Below are positions 1 through 7,968 of a stretch of DNA of 64,000 nucleotides, piece after piece (position 1 is the first letter of the stretch; every line of letters begins with the position of its first letter). Made by a program: the position numbers and the translations under genes. Where the stretch lies: positions 409,729 to 473,728 of the forward strand of contig JAKIWL010000002.1 in the NCBI GenBank assembly GCA_022750055.1, in the 5' to 3' direction. The notes beneath the pieces are model-generated. The model made no database searches. It was not told where the DNA came from and saw only the letters and a program-made list of their open reading frames with translations. The DNA is from Thermoplasmata archaeon (GTDB lineage: Archaea; Thermoplasmatota; Thermoplasmata; Lutacidiplasmatales; UBA184).

Positions 1-165
1 CCGGTGCGAGGATGGCGCCGCGCCGGAGGACCCGGCGGGATATGATGAAACGGCCGTCTCCCCGGGAGCAAGCCCTGAGTGACGGGATGAGGAGGTCCTC
101 TGTCCGTCGAGGAGAGCGCGGAGTCGAATGCTGCCTGAAACAGAACGGGGCTTACTACCGCCACC
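1..165 (+). ncRNA. rnpB: RNase P RNA, 3' portion (5' end outside window)
   Basis: Conserved RNase P RNA blocks in order: TGAAACGGCCGTCTCCCCGGGAGCAAG (46-72), GAATGCTGCC (~126-135) and the 3' motif AAACAGAACGGGGCTTAC (138-155); 3' end approximate. Confidence 0.85.
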
Positions 166-345
166 TGGCCCGGTCGTCGAGAGATCGGCGGCCGGTGACC
201 CGCTCGCTGGAGTTGGCGATCTGCGGGGTGTACGAAAGGTTGGGCTCGTTCCAGGGCCCCCCCTTTGAACCGTCGGACGAATTCGGTCTTGGTCCCTCCG
301 TCGGCGTGAGCCCCTGAGGAAAAGTCTGCCGGAGCTCGGGGAGGC

Positions 346-3300
346 CTACCAGGAGGATTCGTCTTCCCAGCCCCGGCTAGGGGACGCCATACGGGGTATC
401 GCAGCCGGTTTCGGGGGTCGGTCCTTCCTACGCCAAGCGACGATCAGGGCCACCCCGACCAAGACGGCCGCGATACCTCCCAGGACCGGTAGGTACGGCC
501 CCACCTGACCGTACCACGGAATCGTCGGGGGAATGCCGACGGTGATGGTGAGTCGATCGAGTACGGAGCCGCCAGCGCTGTCGTTGACCCAGATCCGGGC
601 CGCGAACGTCCCGGAACTCGTGTAGGTGTGAACGACCATCACCCCAGCCGCACGGGTTCCGTCTCCGAAGGCCCATGCATAATGGAACGGGCCAGTTCCA
701 CCGGAGACGTTGGCGGCAAGCGATAGGCTCTGTCCGGAAACCGGCGGTGCGGCGGCACCCAGGATGAGCACCGACATGGCCTGATTGACTTCGAGCGTCG
801 TCGGGTCGGAGGTAACCGTGAACCGGTTCGAATCGAGCACTGTGACGGTCACGTTGTACAACCCCGGTAGCGTCGGAGCACAGACCATCGTCGAGGCATT
901 GCTCGCGCACCCCGGCACGCCAGCCCAGGCGTAAGTGAACCCTCCGGAACCTCCCGACGCCCTCGCGGAGCCGTTCGCGACCACCCCAACGTCACTGAAA
1001 GCCGGCCCGAAGGTTGGTGGGTCGACCGTGGGGTCACCGAGAACTCGGACCGCCAAGGAGGTCGCGCTCCCGGATTCACCATTCGCATCCGTGACCGCGA
1101 CGCTGACCGCAAAAGAGCCCGCTGCGGTAGCGGAACAATTGATGGTAGCGGAGGAGGTCGGACTGCAGGATAGCCCTGCCGAACCGGCCGACCCCCAGGT
1201 CCAACGATATCCGGCGATCCCAGGACCTGGACCCACGATCGCGGCCGTGAAGGAGACGCCCTGTCCAACGTCAGCCGTGGTCCGGTTGACCAAGGGCGGC
1301 GCGACCTGAGGCGGCAGGAAGACCGGGAAGGGCAGGGTCCCGCTCGTCGCCGTGAATCCCTCCGAATCGGTCACCGAGACGCTGACCCGGAAGGTGCCCG
1401 CACTCGGGACGCTGCTGCACCGCACGGTCGTAGTCCCGTTACATGACCCTGGTAGACCGGCCCACTGGAATCGATCGCCCCCCGAGCCGGCGTACGGGTT
1501 CGTGGAGAAAGCGACCGATTGGCCGACGTCGGCGGAGGATCGATTTGCCGTTGGCGTGGTGACCCCCGGGTCGCCCGTGACGTTGACGGAGAGGGCCGCT
1601 TGGGCAGAGTTTCCGACTGTGTCGCCCACTCGAACCCGTATCGTGAACGCGCCGGCGGTCCGGTAGTCGTGGGAGGAAGAGGGACCCGTGGTCGAGGCCA
1701 GGGTTCCGTCCCCGTAGTCCCACTGGTACATTGAGTATGGCGCGAACCCTCCGCTCGCCTGGGCGCTGAAGTTGAAGGGGGTAAGGGCGTCCCCGGAGGT
1801 GCGCGCCACCCGGATTCCGACCGACAGGTTCGACGTGACCAGGAACGAACCAAGGCCGGTGGCGAGCTGCGAGCTCCGGTTGGACGCTCGAACCACATAC
1901 CAACCCGCCGAGGCTCGGGGCACCGTGAAGGTGCAGTTGAAGCTCCCGGCCCCGTTCGAGTTCCCAGCGCACTCGGTCGCATTACCGGGCAACCAACTGA
2001 CGGTCAGCCCGAGGCCCGGGGTGAACCCTCCCCCGGAGACGGTTGCCGAGGTCATCGGGAGTCCGAGGGTAGGCGTGAAGGTGAGCTGGTTCAAACGACC
2101 CGAGGTGGGGATATAGACCCCACCGCCGACGCTCAAATTCACTCGGTCAGAGACCGACCCAGCGCGGAGATCGAGACGGTACGATCCCGGCAAAATCGAG
2201 ACATTCAAGGGGGCGGAGGTGTAGTTCACCGCGGTCCCGTCAATCGAAAGCGCCCCGGGAACCGGTATCGAGCTAGCGTTTAGGACCGCATAGTTCGAGG
2301 GGCCGTAGAGGGCGGTCAATGCACCCGAACCGTTCGTGAGCTCGGCTCCTGGGGTACCGGCGGACGATCCGGCGGCGAGCGACGCGACAACATTCGAGAT
2401 CGCTTCCGCCGTGTCGCCTCCGAAATTGAACGCGTTCGGGACCGCCTCGAAATTGTTGCCGTTGAACTCTTGCAGGGATAATGAGAGGTTCGCGCCACCG
2501 GCAGAGGTGCTCGAGCCACCACCGGGACCGCCGAGGACCCACTCGGCGTCGTAGTAGACGCCGGCCGGGGGCGTGGACGCGCCGTCCACAAGGAATCCCT
2601 GGCTGGCCCAGCCCTTGGCCGAAGGGAAGGTCACATTGTCGTAGGTGACCCATCCGTATCCGTCGTCGTACTGGAAGCCGACGTGGGTCAACCCGGCGAT
2701 CGTGCTCGCCACGACCTCCACGGAAAAGTTCGCGGGGTAGAGGAGCTGTACGTCGTTTCCGGGATAGGAGGATCCGGCCACATCGGCGTAATAGTCGCCG
2801 TTCCCGCTCGTGTAGATCGTGCCGTTGCCTCGGACCGAGGACGCGGGGAGGGCGAGGGAGCTGCTGCTGGACAGGTTCCAGACGTTGTCGATCATCTGGA
2901 AGGTCTGAGTACTCGTATCGAGGAACGGGACATTCTGGATCCAGTACGATGCGGATTTCGACCCTTGCGTGAGGACGAGGACGACGTTGAGTTGAAAACT
3001 GACCGAGTACGGGTCGAACGACGGACCATTGGTGGTGAGCGCGTTGATCCGGGCGGTCGCCAGGAAGCGCGGAGTCCAATACGAATACGGGGAAAACCCT
3101 GCCGTCATGCCGAAGTCCCCTACCCCCATCGGCGCCGGTTCGGACGAGTAACTGGGGGACGGAGTGAGTTCCCGGCTCAGGATCGCCTGCTTGACGGACG
3201 CCGCATGTAATCGGGCGGGCGGGCTCGGCACCCATATTCCTGCCGGGGTCGCCAACCCTGAGGCGGGAGCGTTGAGGCGGGTCTCACCCGAGGTCGTCGG

Positions 3301-3501
3301 CGAGTCGGCCCGCCCTGCCTGTGACACGGTATGCCCCGAATGAGAGGAGGTCGCCGCTGGCGTCCGAGCGAGCAGGGCTGGACCTGCCGTCGAAGAGTAT
3401 GGAGTGAAAGGCTGCAGGAAGGCTGACGGGGTGGCCCCCCCGACTTCGGGTACGAGGAGGAGAAGCGTGACCACGGCGAGACCCACCAAGAGTCGTCCCA
3501 T
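346..3501 (-). CDS. Secreted thermopsin-family (peptidase A5) protease with PKD/Ig-like repeats and C-terminal membrane anchor
   Basis: Motifs PAPMGVGDFG, SFQLNVVL, YWIQNV, IDNVWN, YDAEWVLGGPGGG, NFGGDTAE; PKD motifs WDYGDGT/WAFGDGT; signal peptide after ATG 3501; TM plus WRRK tail. Confidence 0.88.
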   Translation of the reverse strand: MGRLLVGLAVVTLLLLVPEVGGATPSAFLQPFTPYSSTAGPALLARTPAATSSHSGHTVSQAGRADSPTTSGETRLNAPASGLATPAGIWVPSPPARLHAASVKQAILSRELTPSPSYSSEPAPMGVGDFGMTAGFSPYSYWTPRFLATARINALTTNGPSFDPYSVSFQLNVVLVLTQGSKSASYWIQNVPFLDTSTQTFQMIDNVWNLSSSSSLALPASSVRGNGTIYTSGNGDYYADVAGSSYPGNDVQLLYPANFSVEVVASTIAGLTHVGFQYDDGYGWVTYDNVTFPSAKGWASQGFLVDGASTPPAGVYYDAEWVLGGPGGGSSTSAGGANLSLSLQEFNGNNFEAVPNAFNFGGDTAEAISNVVASLAAGSSAGTPGAELTNGSGALTALYGPSNYAVLNASSIPVPGALSIDGTAVNYTSAPLNVSILPGSYRLDLRAGSVSDRVNLSVGGGVYIPTSGRLNQLTFTPTLGLPMTSATVSGGGFTPGLGLTVSWLPGNATECAGNSNGAGSFNCTFTVPRASAGWYVVRASNRSSQLATGLGSFLVTSNLSVGIRVARTSGDALTPFNFSAQASGGFAPYSMYQWDYGDGTLASTTGPSSSHDYRTAGAFTIRVRVGDTVGNSAQAALSVNVTGDPGVTTPTANRSSADVGQSVAFSTNPYAGSGGDRFQWAGLPGSCNGTTTVRCSSVPSAGTFRVSVSVTDSEGFTATSGTLPFPVFLPPQVAPPLVNRTTADVGQGVSFTAAIVGPGPGIAGYRWTWGSAGSAGLSCSPTSSATINCSATAAGSFAVSVAVTDANGESGSATSLAVRVLGDPTVDPPTFGPAFSDVGVVANGSARASGGSGGFTYAWAGVPGCASNASTMVCAPTLPGLYNVTVTVLDSNRFTVTSDPTTLEVNQAMSVLILGAAAPPVSGQSLSLAANVSGGTGPFHYAWAFGDGTRAAGVMVVHTYTSSGTFAARIWVNDSAGGSVLDRLTITVGIPPTIPWYGQVGPYLPVLGGIAAVLVGVALIVAWRRKDRPPKPAAIPRMASPSRGWEDESSW

Positions 3502-3707
3502 TCCGGCGGCACCCCTTGGGTTCAGGAAGGGCACGGTCTCTTCTACCTTACCCGGGACGAGGACAGGGATCGACGTTCCGTCCGTACGCTCCCGCAATGC
3601 GCCCGGTCGCTTGGCGGATCGGCCGGGAATCGGCCGGGCCAACTCCGTCCAGTCGATGCTGCGTCGAGCCGCAGGGCTGATTAGGGTGGTCCAATCTGGC
3701 CGCCCCG

Positions 3708-4640
3708 ATGGGGTTGAAGGGGCGGGACCTGGTCTCGATCCGGGACCTGTCCCGGGAGGAGGTCGTCGAGGTCCTCAAGGCCTCCCGTCGGATGTTACCG
3801 TATTCGGAGGGGTCGAAGATCGGTCATCAGCTTGAAGGCAAGGTCCTGACCCTCGCTTTCTTCGAGCCCTCGACCCGGACCCGGCTGTCGTTCGAGACCG
3901 CCATGGCACGACTGGGCGGGCGGAGTGTCACCATCTCCGATCCGTCTGCCTCCTCGCTCCGCAAGGGGGAGACGCTCTACGACACGATCCGGGTCATCGG
4001 CCAATACGGCGACGCGGTCGTCCTTCGTCACCCCAACGAAGGCGCGGCGCGATTGGCCGCACAGGCTTCGGACCGCCCGGTCATCAACGCGGGGGACGGG
4101 GCGGGTCAGCACCCGACGCAAACTCTGATCGACCTCGCCACGATCGAGGAGAAGTTCGGCACGCTCCAGGGCCTGAACGTCGTCCTCCTTGGGGATCTCA
4201 AGTACGGCCGGACCGTCCACTCGCTCGCCCGCGCCCTGGCGCTGTTCGGCACTTCCCTCGTCCTGACGGCCCCTCCGACGCTCGCGATGCCGGAAGAGGT
4301 GCGGAAGGACCTCGACTCCGCCGGGGCCAAAGTCCAGGAGGAGCCCGAGCTTGAACGGGCCGTGAAGAACGCCGACGTCCTGTACGTGACCCGGATCCAA
4401 CGCGAGCGCTTTGGCGACGAGGCGGAGTTCGCGAAGGTGGCGGGGTCGTATCGAGTCGACCCAGCGCTCCTCGAACCCGCGAAGGAGAGGATGATCGTTC
4501 TGCACCCGCTCCCTCGCACGGGCGAGATCAGCCCATCGGTGGACGCGAGCCCCCACGCGGCGTACTTCCGGCAGGCGTTCCTGGGCGTCCCGGTCCGGAT
4601 GGGGCTCCTCTCCCTGATCCTGACGGGGAAGGCCGCATGA
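3708..4640 (+). CDS. pyrB: Aspartate carbamoyltransferase catalytic subunit
   Basis: FFEPSTRTRLSF, NAGDG-HPTQ, GDLKYGRTVHSL, HPLPR motifs. Confidence 0.97.
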   Translation: MGLKGRDLVSIRDLSREEVVEVLKASRRMLPYSEGSKIGHQLEGKVLTLAFFEPSTRTRLSFETAMARLGGRSVTISDPSASSLRKGETLYDTIRVIGQYGDAVVLRHPNEGAARLAAQASDRPVINAGDGAGQHPTQTLIDLATIEEKFGTLQGLNVVLLGDLKYGRTVHSLARALALFGTSLVLTAPPTLAMPEEVRKDLDSAGAKVQEEPELERAVKNADVLYVTRIQRERFGDEAEFAKVAGSYRVDPALLEPAKERMIVLHPLPRTGEISPSVDASPHAAYFRQAFLGVPVRMGLLSLILTGKAA

Positions 4641-5104
4641 CGGCGCTCCGGGAGCTCAAGCTCACTCCGATCAAGAACGGCACGGTCATCGACCACATCG
4701 GCAACGGCCTCGCTCTCGACGTCCTGCGGATCATCGGCATCAACGAGATCGATCGGAGCTCCACCGTCTCGGTTGCGCTCCACGTCCGCAGCCAGAAGAT
4801 CGGTTGGAAGGACATCGTCAAGGTGGAGAACATGGAGCTGTCCTCCCGCAAGGTCAACGCGATCGCCTTGGTAGCGCCGACCGCGACGATATCGATCATC
4901 CGCGACTTTCACGTCCGAGAGAAGCGCCCGGTCGACCTGCCGGACCGGGTCGTCGGCGTGCTCCTGTGCCCGAACGCGAGCTGTATCACCAACCAGCCGG
5001 AGCCCGTGGAGAGCGATTTCGAAGTGGCCCGTCGGAAACCGGTCGTGCTCCGATGCACGTACTGCGAACGGCTGGTAGACGACTTCCTCCACCACCTCGC
5101 CTGA
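4637..5104 (+). CDS. pyrI: Aspartate carbamoyltransferase regulatory subunit
   Basis: IKNGTVIDHI, KDIVKVE, CPNASCIT and CTYCE zinc ligands; ATGA overlap with pyrB. Confidence 0.96.
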   Translation: MTALRELKLTPIKNGTVIDHIGNGLALDVLRIIGINEIDRSSTVSVALHVRSQKIGWKDIVKVENMELSSRKVNAIALVAPTATISIIRDFHVREKRPVDLPDRVVGVLLCPNASCITNQPEPVESDFEVARRKPVVLRCTYCERLVDDFLHHLA

Positions 5105-5125
5105 CGCGCCCGAACGAGGCTCCCT

Positions 5126-5722
5126 TTGGTGGCGATCCCCGACCTGCTCATCGTCTTCGCCGTGATCGGTCTGCTCGAACTCTCCGACCGGACGAACTTC
5201 GCCCTGATCGGCCTCGCCTCCCGACGCTCCGGATTCCTGACCTGGGCCGGGGCCGCAACGGCCTTCCTGGTCACCTCGGCGATCGCGGTCGCGATCGGGA
5301 CGGTCGTCCTCGCCTTCTTGCGCCCCGAGATCCGCCTCGTCCAGCTGGCGGGCGGAGTGCTGATCCTCGTCTACGCCGCTCACCTGGCCCGACGAACCGA
5401 TCCGGCGGAGGAGCCTCCGGCCCGGCGTTCCGCTTTCATGACCGCCTTCCTGTTGATCCTCCTGCTCGAAATGGGGGACAGCACCATGATCCTCTTGGTG
5501 CTCTTCACCGGAGGTCTGGGCGACCCCATCGGGGTGTTCCTGGTCGGTTCGGCCGCTCTCCTTGGCGTGGCGGCGTTCGCCTGCACGTTGGGCGGCCAAC
5601 TCGGCGCCCGGGTCGAGCCGAAAACGCTCGACCGGATCGTGATCGGAATCCTCGTTTTCGTCGGGGGCGCCACGATCCTCTTCGCGCTGTTCCCGTCGCT
5701 ACTTCCCTCGGTCCTCTCCTAG
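5126..5722 (+). CDS. TMEM165/GDT1 (UPF0016) family Ca2+/Mn2+ transporter
   Basis: Two repeats of the E-x-G-D-K-T-like motif (ELSDRT, EMGDST) in a six-TM hydrophobic protein. Confidence 0.8.
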   Translation: MVAIPDLLIVFAVIGLLELSDRTNFALIGLASRRSGFLTWAGAATAFLVTSAIAVAIGTVVLAFLRPEIRLVQLAGGVLILVYAAHLARRTDPAEEPPARRSAFMTAFLLILLLEMGDSTMILLVLFTGGLGDPIGVFLVGSAALLGVAAFACTLGGQLGARVEPKTLDRIVIGILVFVGGATILFALFPSLLPSVLS

Positions 5723-5917
5723 ATACAACGGAGCGGAGCGCGTCCGAGGTCGATCGTCCTCGTTCGGGACATCTCCTCGGTGAGCCGGCGGAGTTCGCCG
5801 AGTGGGCCGGGCTCGAGACGCACCGCGACCGTGCGACTCCACGACGCGCTGGATCCACCGGCTCGCTTCGGCCCCCGCAAAGGTGGCATTATTATGGTGG
5901 ACCTGGGTGGGACGACG

Positions 5918-6976
5918 ATGGCAAAGCGCCGGTCTCTCACCCGCCGGAACCTGTTGAAGAAGAGCGTCCAACCGGTCGACGTGACACGGGTGCGTGGATC
6001 AGGGGATCTCCTCCGGGCGTTCCAGAGTACCTCGATCCAGGCGCGCAACCTGGGACGGTGCCTGTCGGTGTGGGAGAATGCGCTCACCGACCCGAAGCGA
6101 CCGACCATCCTCATCGGTCTCTCCGGACCCCTCATCGCCGCGGGTCTTCGAAAGGTGCTTCGGGACCTCGTGGACTGGGGACTCGTCGACGTGGTCGTTT
6201 CCACCGGCGCGGTCCTCTACCAGGACATCTACCAGACCGTCGGAGGTCGGCACTGGGTGGGTTCCCCCGACGCCGACGACGTCGAGCTAAGGAAGCTCTA
6301 CCTCGACCGGATCTACGACACCTATGTCGACGAGCTCAAGTTCGAGGAGACCGACCGGGCGATCGGCCGCGTCACCGAACGGTTCCCGGCCCGCCCGGCG
6401 TCTTCGAGAGAGTTCCTCGAGTTCCTGGGACGCGAGTTCCGCGATCCAGAGTCGATCGTAGCCACGGCCTCCCGACGGGGGGTTCCTGTCTTTTCCCCCG
6501 CGCTGATCGACAGCTCGATCGGGATCGGTCTCACGCTCCATTATCAACGCAATCGCGGCAAGCCCCGATTCATGCTCGATGCGGTCCGGGACAACTATGA
6601 GCTCGTCCAGATCCTCTCGCATTCCCCGCGGACCGCGGTAGTGTACATCGGTGGAGGGACGCCGAAGAATTGGATCAACGACGGGATCGTCATGGCCAAC
6701 TACGCCTTCGGGCGGGAAGGGGAGGGCCACTACTACGCCCTCCAGATCACGACCGACGTGCCCCATTGGGGGGGGCTCTCGGGGAGCACGCTCGATGAGG
6801 CCCAGTCCTGGGGCAAGATCTCGCCCACCGCCACGCGCGCGATGGCCCACGTCGACGCGTCCATCGGCCTCCCGATCCTGGTCGGTGCCTTGTGGGACCG
6901 TCGCAAGGTCTGGCAGCCGCGGCGGCGGCTTCGATTCGAATGGGACGGTGACGAAATAACTCGGGTCGTGCGGTAA
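5918..6976 (+). CDS. dys: Deoxyhypusine synthase
   Basis: VVSTGAVLYQD, LDRIYD, PALIDSSIG, IGGGTPKNW, GGLSGSTLDEAQSWGK (catalytic Lys); ATG 5918 follows a TTATTA box by ~25 nt. Confidence 0.9.
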   Translation: MAKRRSLTRRNLLKKSVQPVDVTRVRGSGDLLRAFQSTSIQARNLGRCLSVWENALTDPKRPTILIGLSGPLIAAGLRKVLRDLVDWGLVDVVVSTGAVLYQDIYQTVGGRHWVGSPDADDVELRKLYLDRIYDTYVDELKFEETDRAIGRVTERFPARPASSREFLEFLGREFRDPESIVATASRRGVPVFSPALIDSSIGIGLTLHYQRNRGKPRFMLDAVRDNYELVQILSHSPRTAVVYIGGGTPKNWINDGIVMANYAFGREGEGHYYALQITTDVPHWGGLSGSTLDEAQSWGKISPTATRAMAHVDASIGLPILVGALWDRRKVWQPRRRLRFEWDGDEITRVVR

Positions 6977-7039
6977 CCCGGCCCCCGCTCGATTCGGGCT
7001 CCCCCGCCAGCCTATCTGGTCGGACTCGATCGGGTTCCC

Positions 7040-7684
7040 ATGCCTCTTGCCCGACCGGAGGGCAGCCGGATACCGCCCGGGCAGGTCTTGAACCGAGGGT
7101 TTCCGATCCTCCATGCCGGAACGATACCCACCGACCTGACCCGTGACACCTGGCGGCTGCGGGTCCATGGCGCCGTCGCCCATCCCTTCGAGCTCGCCTT
7201 CGCCGAGCTCCTCGAGTTCCCTCAGAAGGAGGAGGTCGTCGACATCCACTGCGTTACAAGCTGGACCAAATTGGACACCCGCTGGCGAGGAGTCCCGTTT
7301 CGATCGATCGCCGAGCGTGCGGCGCCTGATCCGGACGCCCGATTCGTGGTGATGGAATGCGAGCAGGGTTTCACGACCTCCCTGCCGATGCCAGCGCTCT
7401 TCGAGGACTCTGTCTTGCTAGCCCATGGCTATGGTGGAGCGCCGCTCGCTCCCGAGCACGGCGGCCCGGTTCGGATGCTCGTTCCGCAGCGCTACTTCTA
7501 CAAGAGCGCGAAATGGCTCAGGGGGATCAAGTTCGTGGTCCAAGACGAACCCGGATTCTGGGAGGTTCGTGGGTATTCCAACCTGGCCGACCCGTGGAAG
7601 CAAACTCGCTATGAGGTAGATGATGTTCGGGAGATCCACGCGATGCGCAAACGTTCCCTGTTCGAGCCCATCGTGCGAGGATAG
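7040..7684 (+). CDS. Sulfite oxidase-like molybdopterin-binding oxidoreductase (YuiH/MsrP-like)
   Basis: IPPGQ, DIHCVTSW (Mo Cys), PEHGGPVR, YFYKSAKWL, PGFWE motifs. Confidence 0.88.
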   Translation: MPLARPEGSRIPPGQVLNRGFPILHAGTIPTDLTRDTWRLRVHGAVAHPFELAFAELLEFPQKEEVVDIHCVTSWTKLDTRWRGVPFRSIAERAAPDPDARFVVMECEQGFTTSLPMPALFEDSVLLAHGYGGAPLAPEHGGPVRMLVPQRYFYKSAKWLRGIKFVVQDEPGFWEVRGYSNLADPWKQTRYEVDDVREIHAMRKRSLFEPIVRG

Positions 7685-7785
7685 AGCATGGTGGTCCCCA
7701 GCAGGCAAGACGTAAAGTATTCGACCCGACGCCCGCCGTTGTGACGTAGGGATAGAATAAGGAATCTTATATTAGTGCGCATCTG

Positions 7786-7801
7786 CCCGTATAAATACGG
7801 G
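7786..7801. promoter_or_regulatory. Inverted repeat centred on a TATA box, probable promoter/operator of the peptide gene
   Basis: CCCGTAT-AA-ATACGGG containing TATAAATA in an AT-rich intergenic island. Confidence 0.55.
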
Positions 7802-7887
7802 TCGATTTACACCCCCAAGTTATACGACGTCGAGTGGATATTACTTAATACCCAATTCCCGACGGACGGGATGGAGGTGACTCGCAC

Positions 7888-7932
7888 ATGTACCTGCCGA
7901 TCGTTCCGCCCCTTCCTCGCGACCAACTCTAA
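7888..7932 (+). CDS. Putative 14-aa peptide MYLPIVPPLPRDQL
   Basis: GGAGGTGA (7873-7880) 7 nt before ATG; TAA at 7930-7932; upstream TATA; downstream hairpin. Confidence 0.6.
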   Translation: MYLPIVPPLPRDQL

Positions 7933-7948
7933 ACCATTAAGGTTGGAC

Positions 7949-7968
7949 GGGGGGGTTCCTACCCCCCC
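7949..7968. terminator. G7-TTCCTA-C7 hairpin at the convergence of the peptide gene and the STAND regulator
   Basis: GGGGGGG TTCCTA CCCCCCC; overlaps the regulator TAG stop; no U-tract. Confidence 0.35.

Noticed and set aside
12-317. 101-aa ORF
   Set aside because: Overlaps RNase P RNA motifs and has no protein-like features
316-328. GAGGAAAAGTCT resembling the 5' conserved block of RNase P RNA
   Set aside because: Lies downstream of the 3' block and is imperfect; the true 5' block should be upstream of the window
4106-6600. Long alternative-frame and antisense ORFs (also e.g. 15991-17700, 28109-29881, 53161-54783, 55361-57310, 59483-61009)
   Set aside because: Arg/Pro/Gly-rich shadow frames of real genes, expected in high-GC DNA
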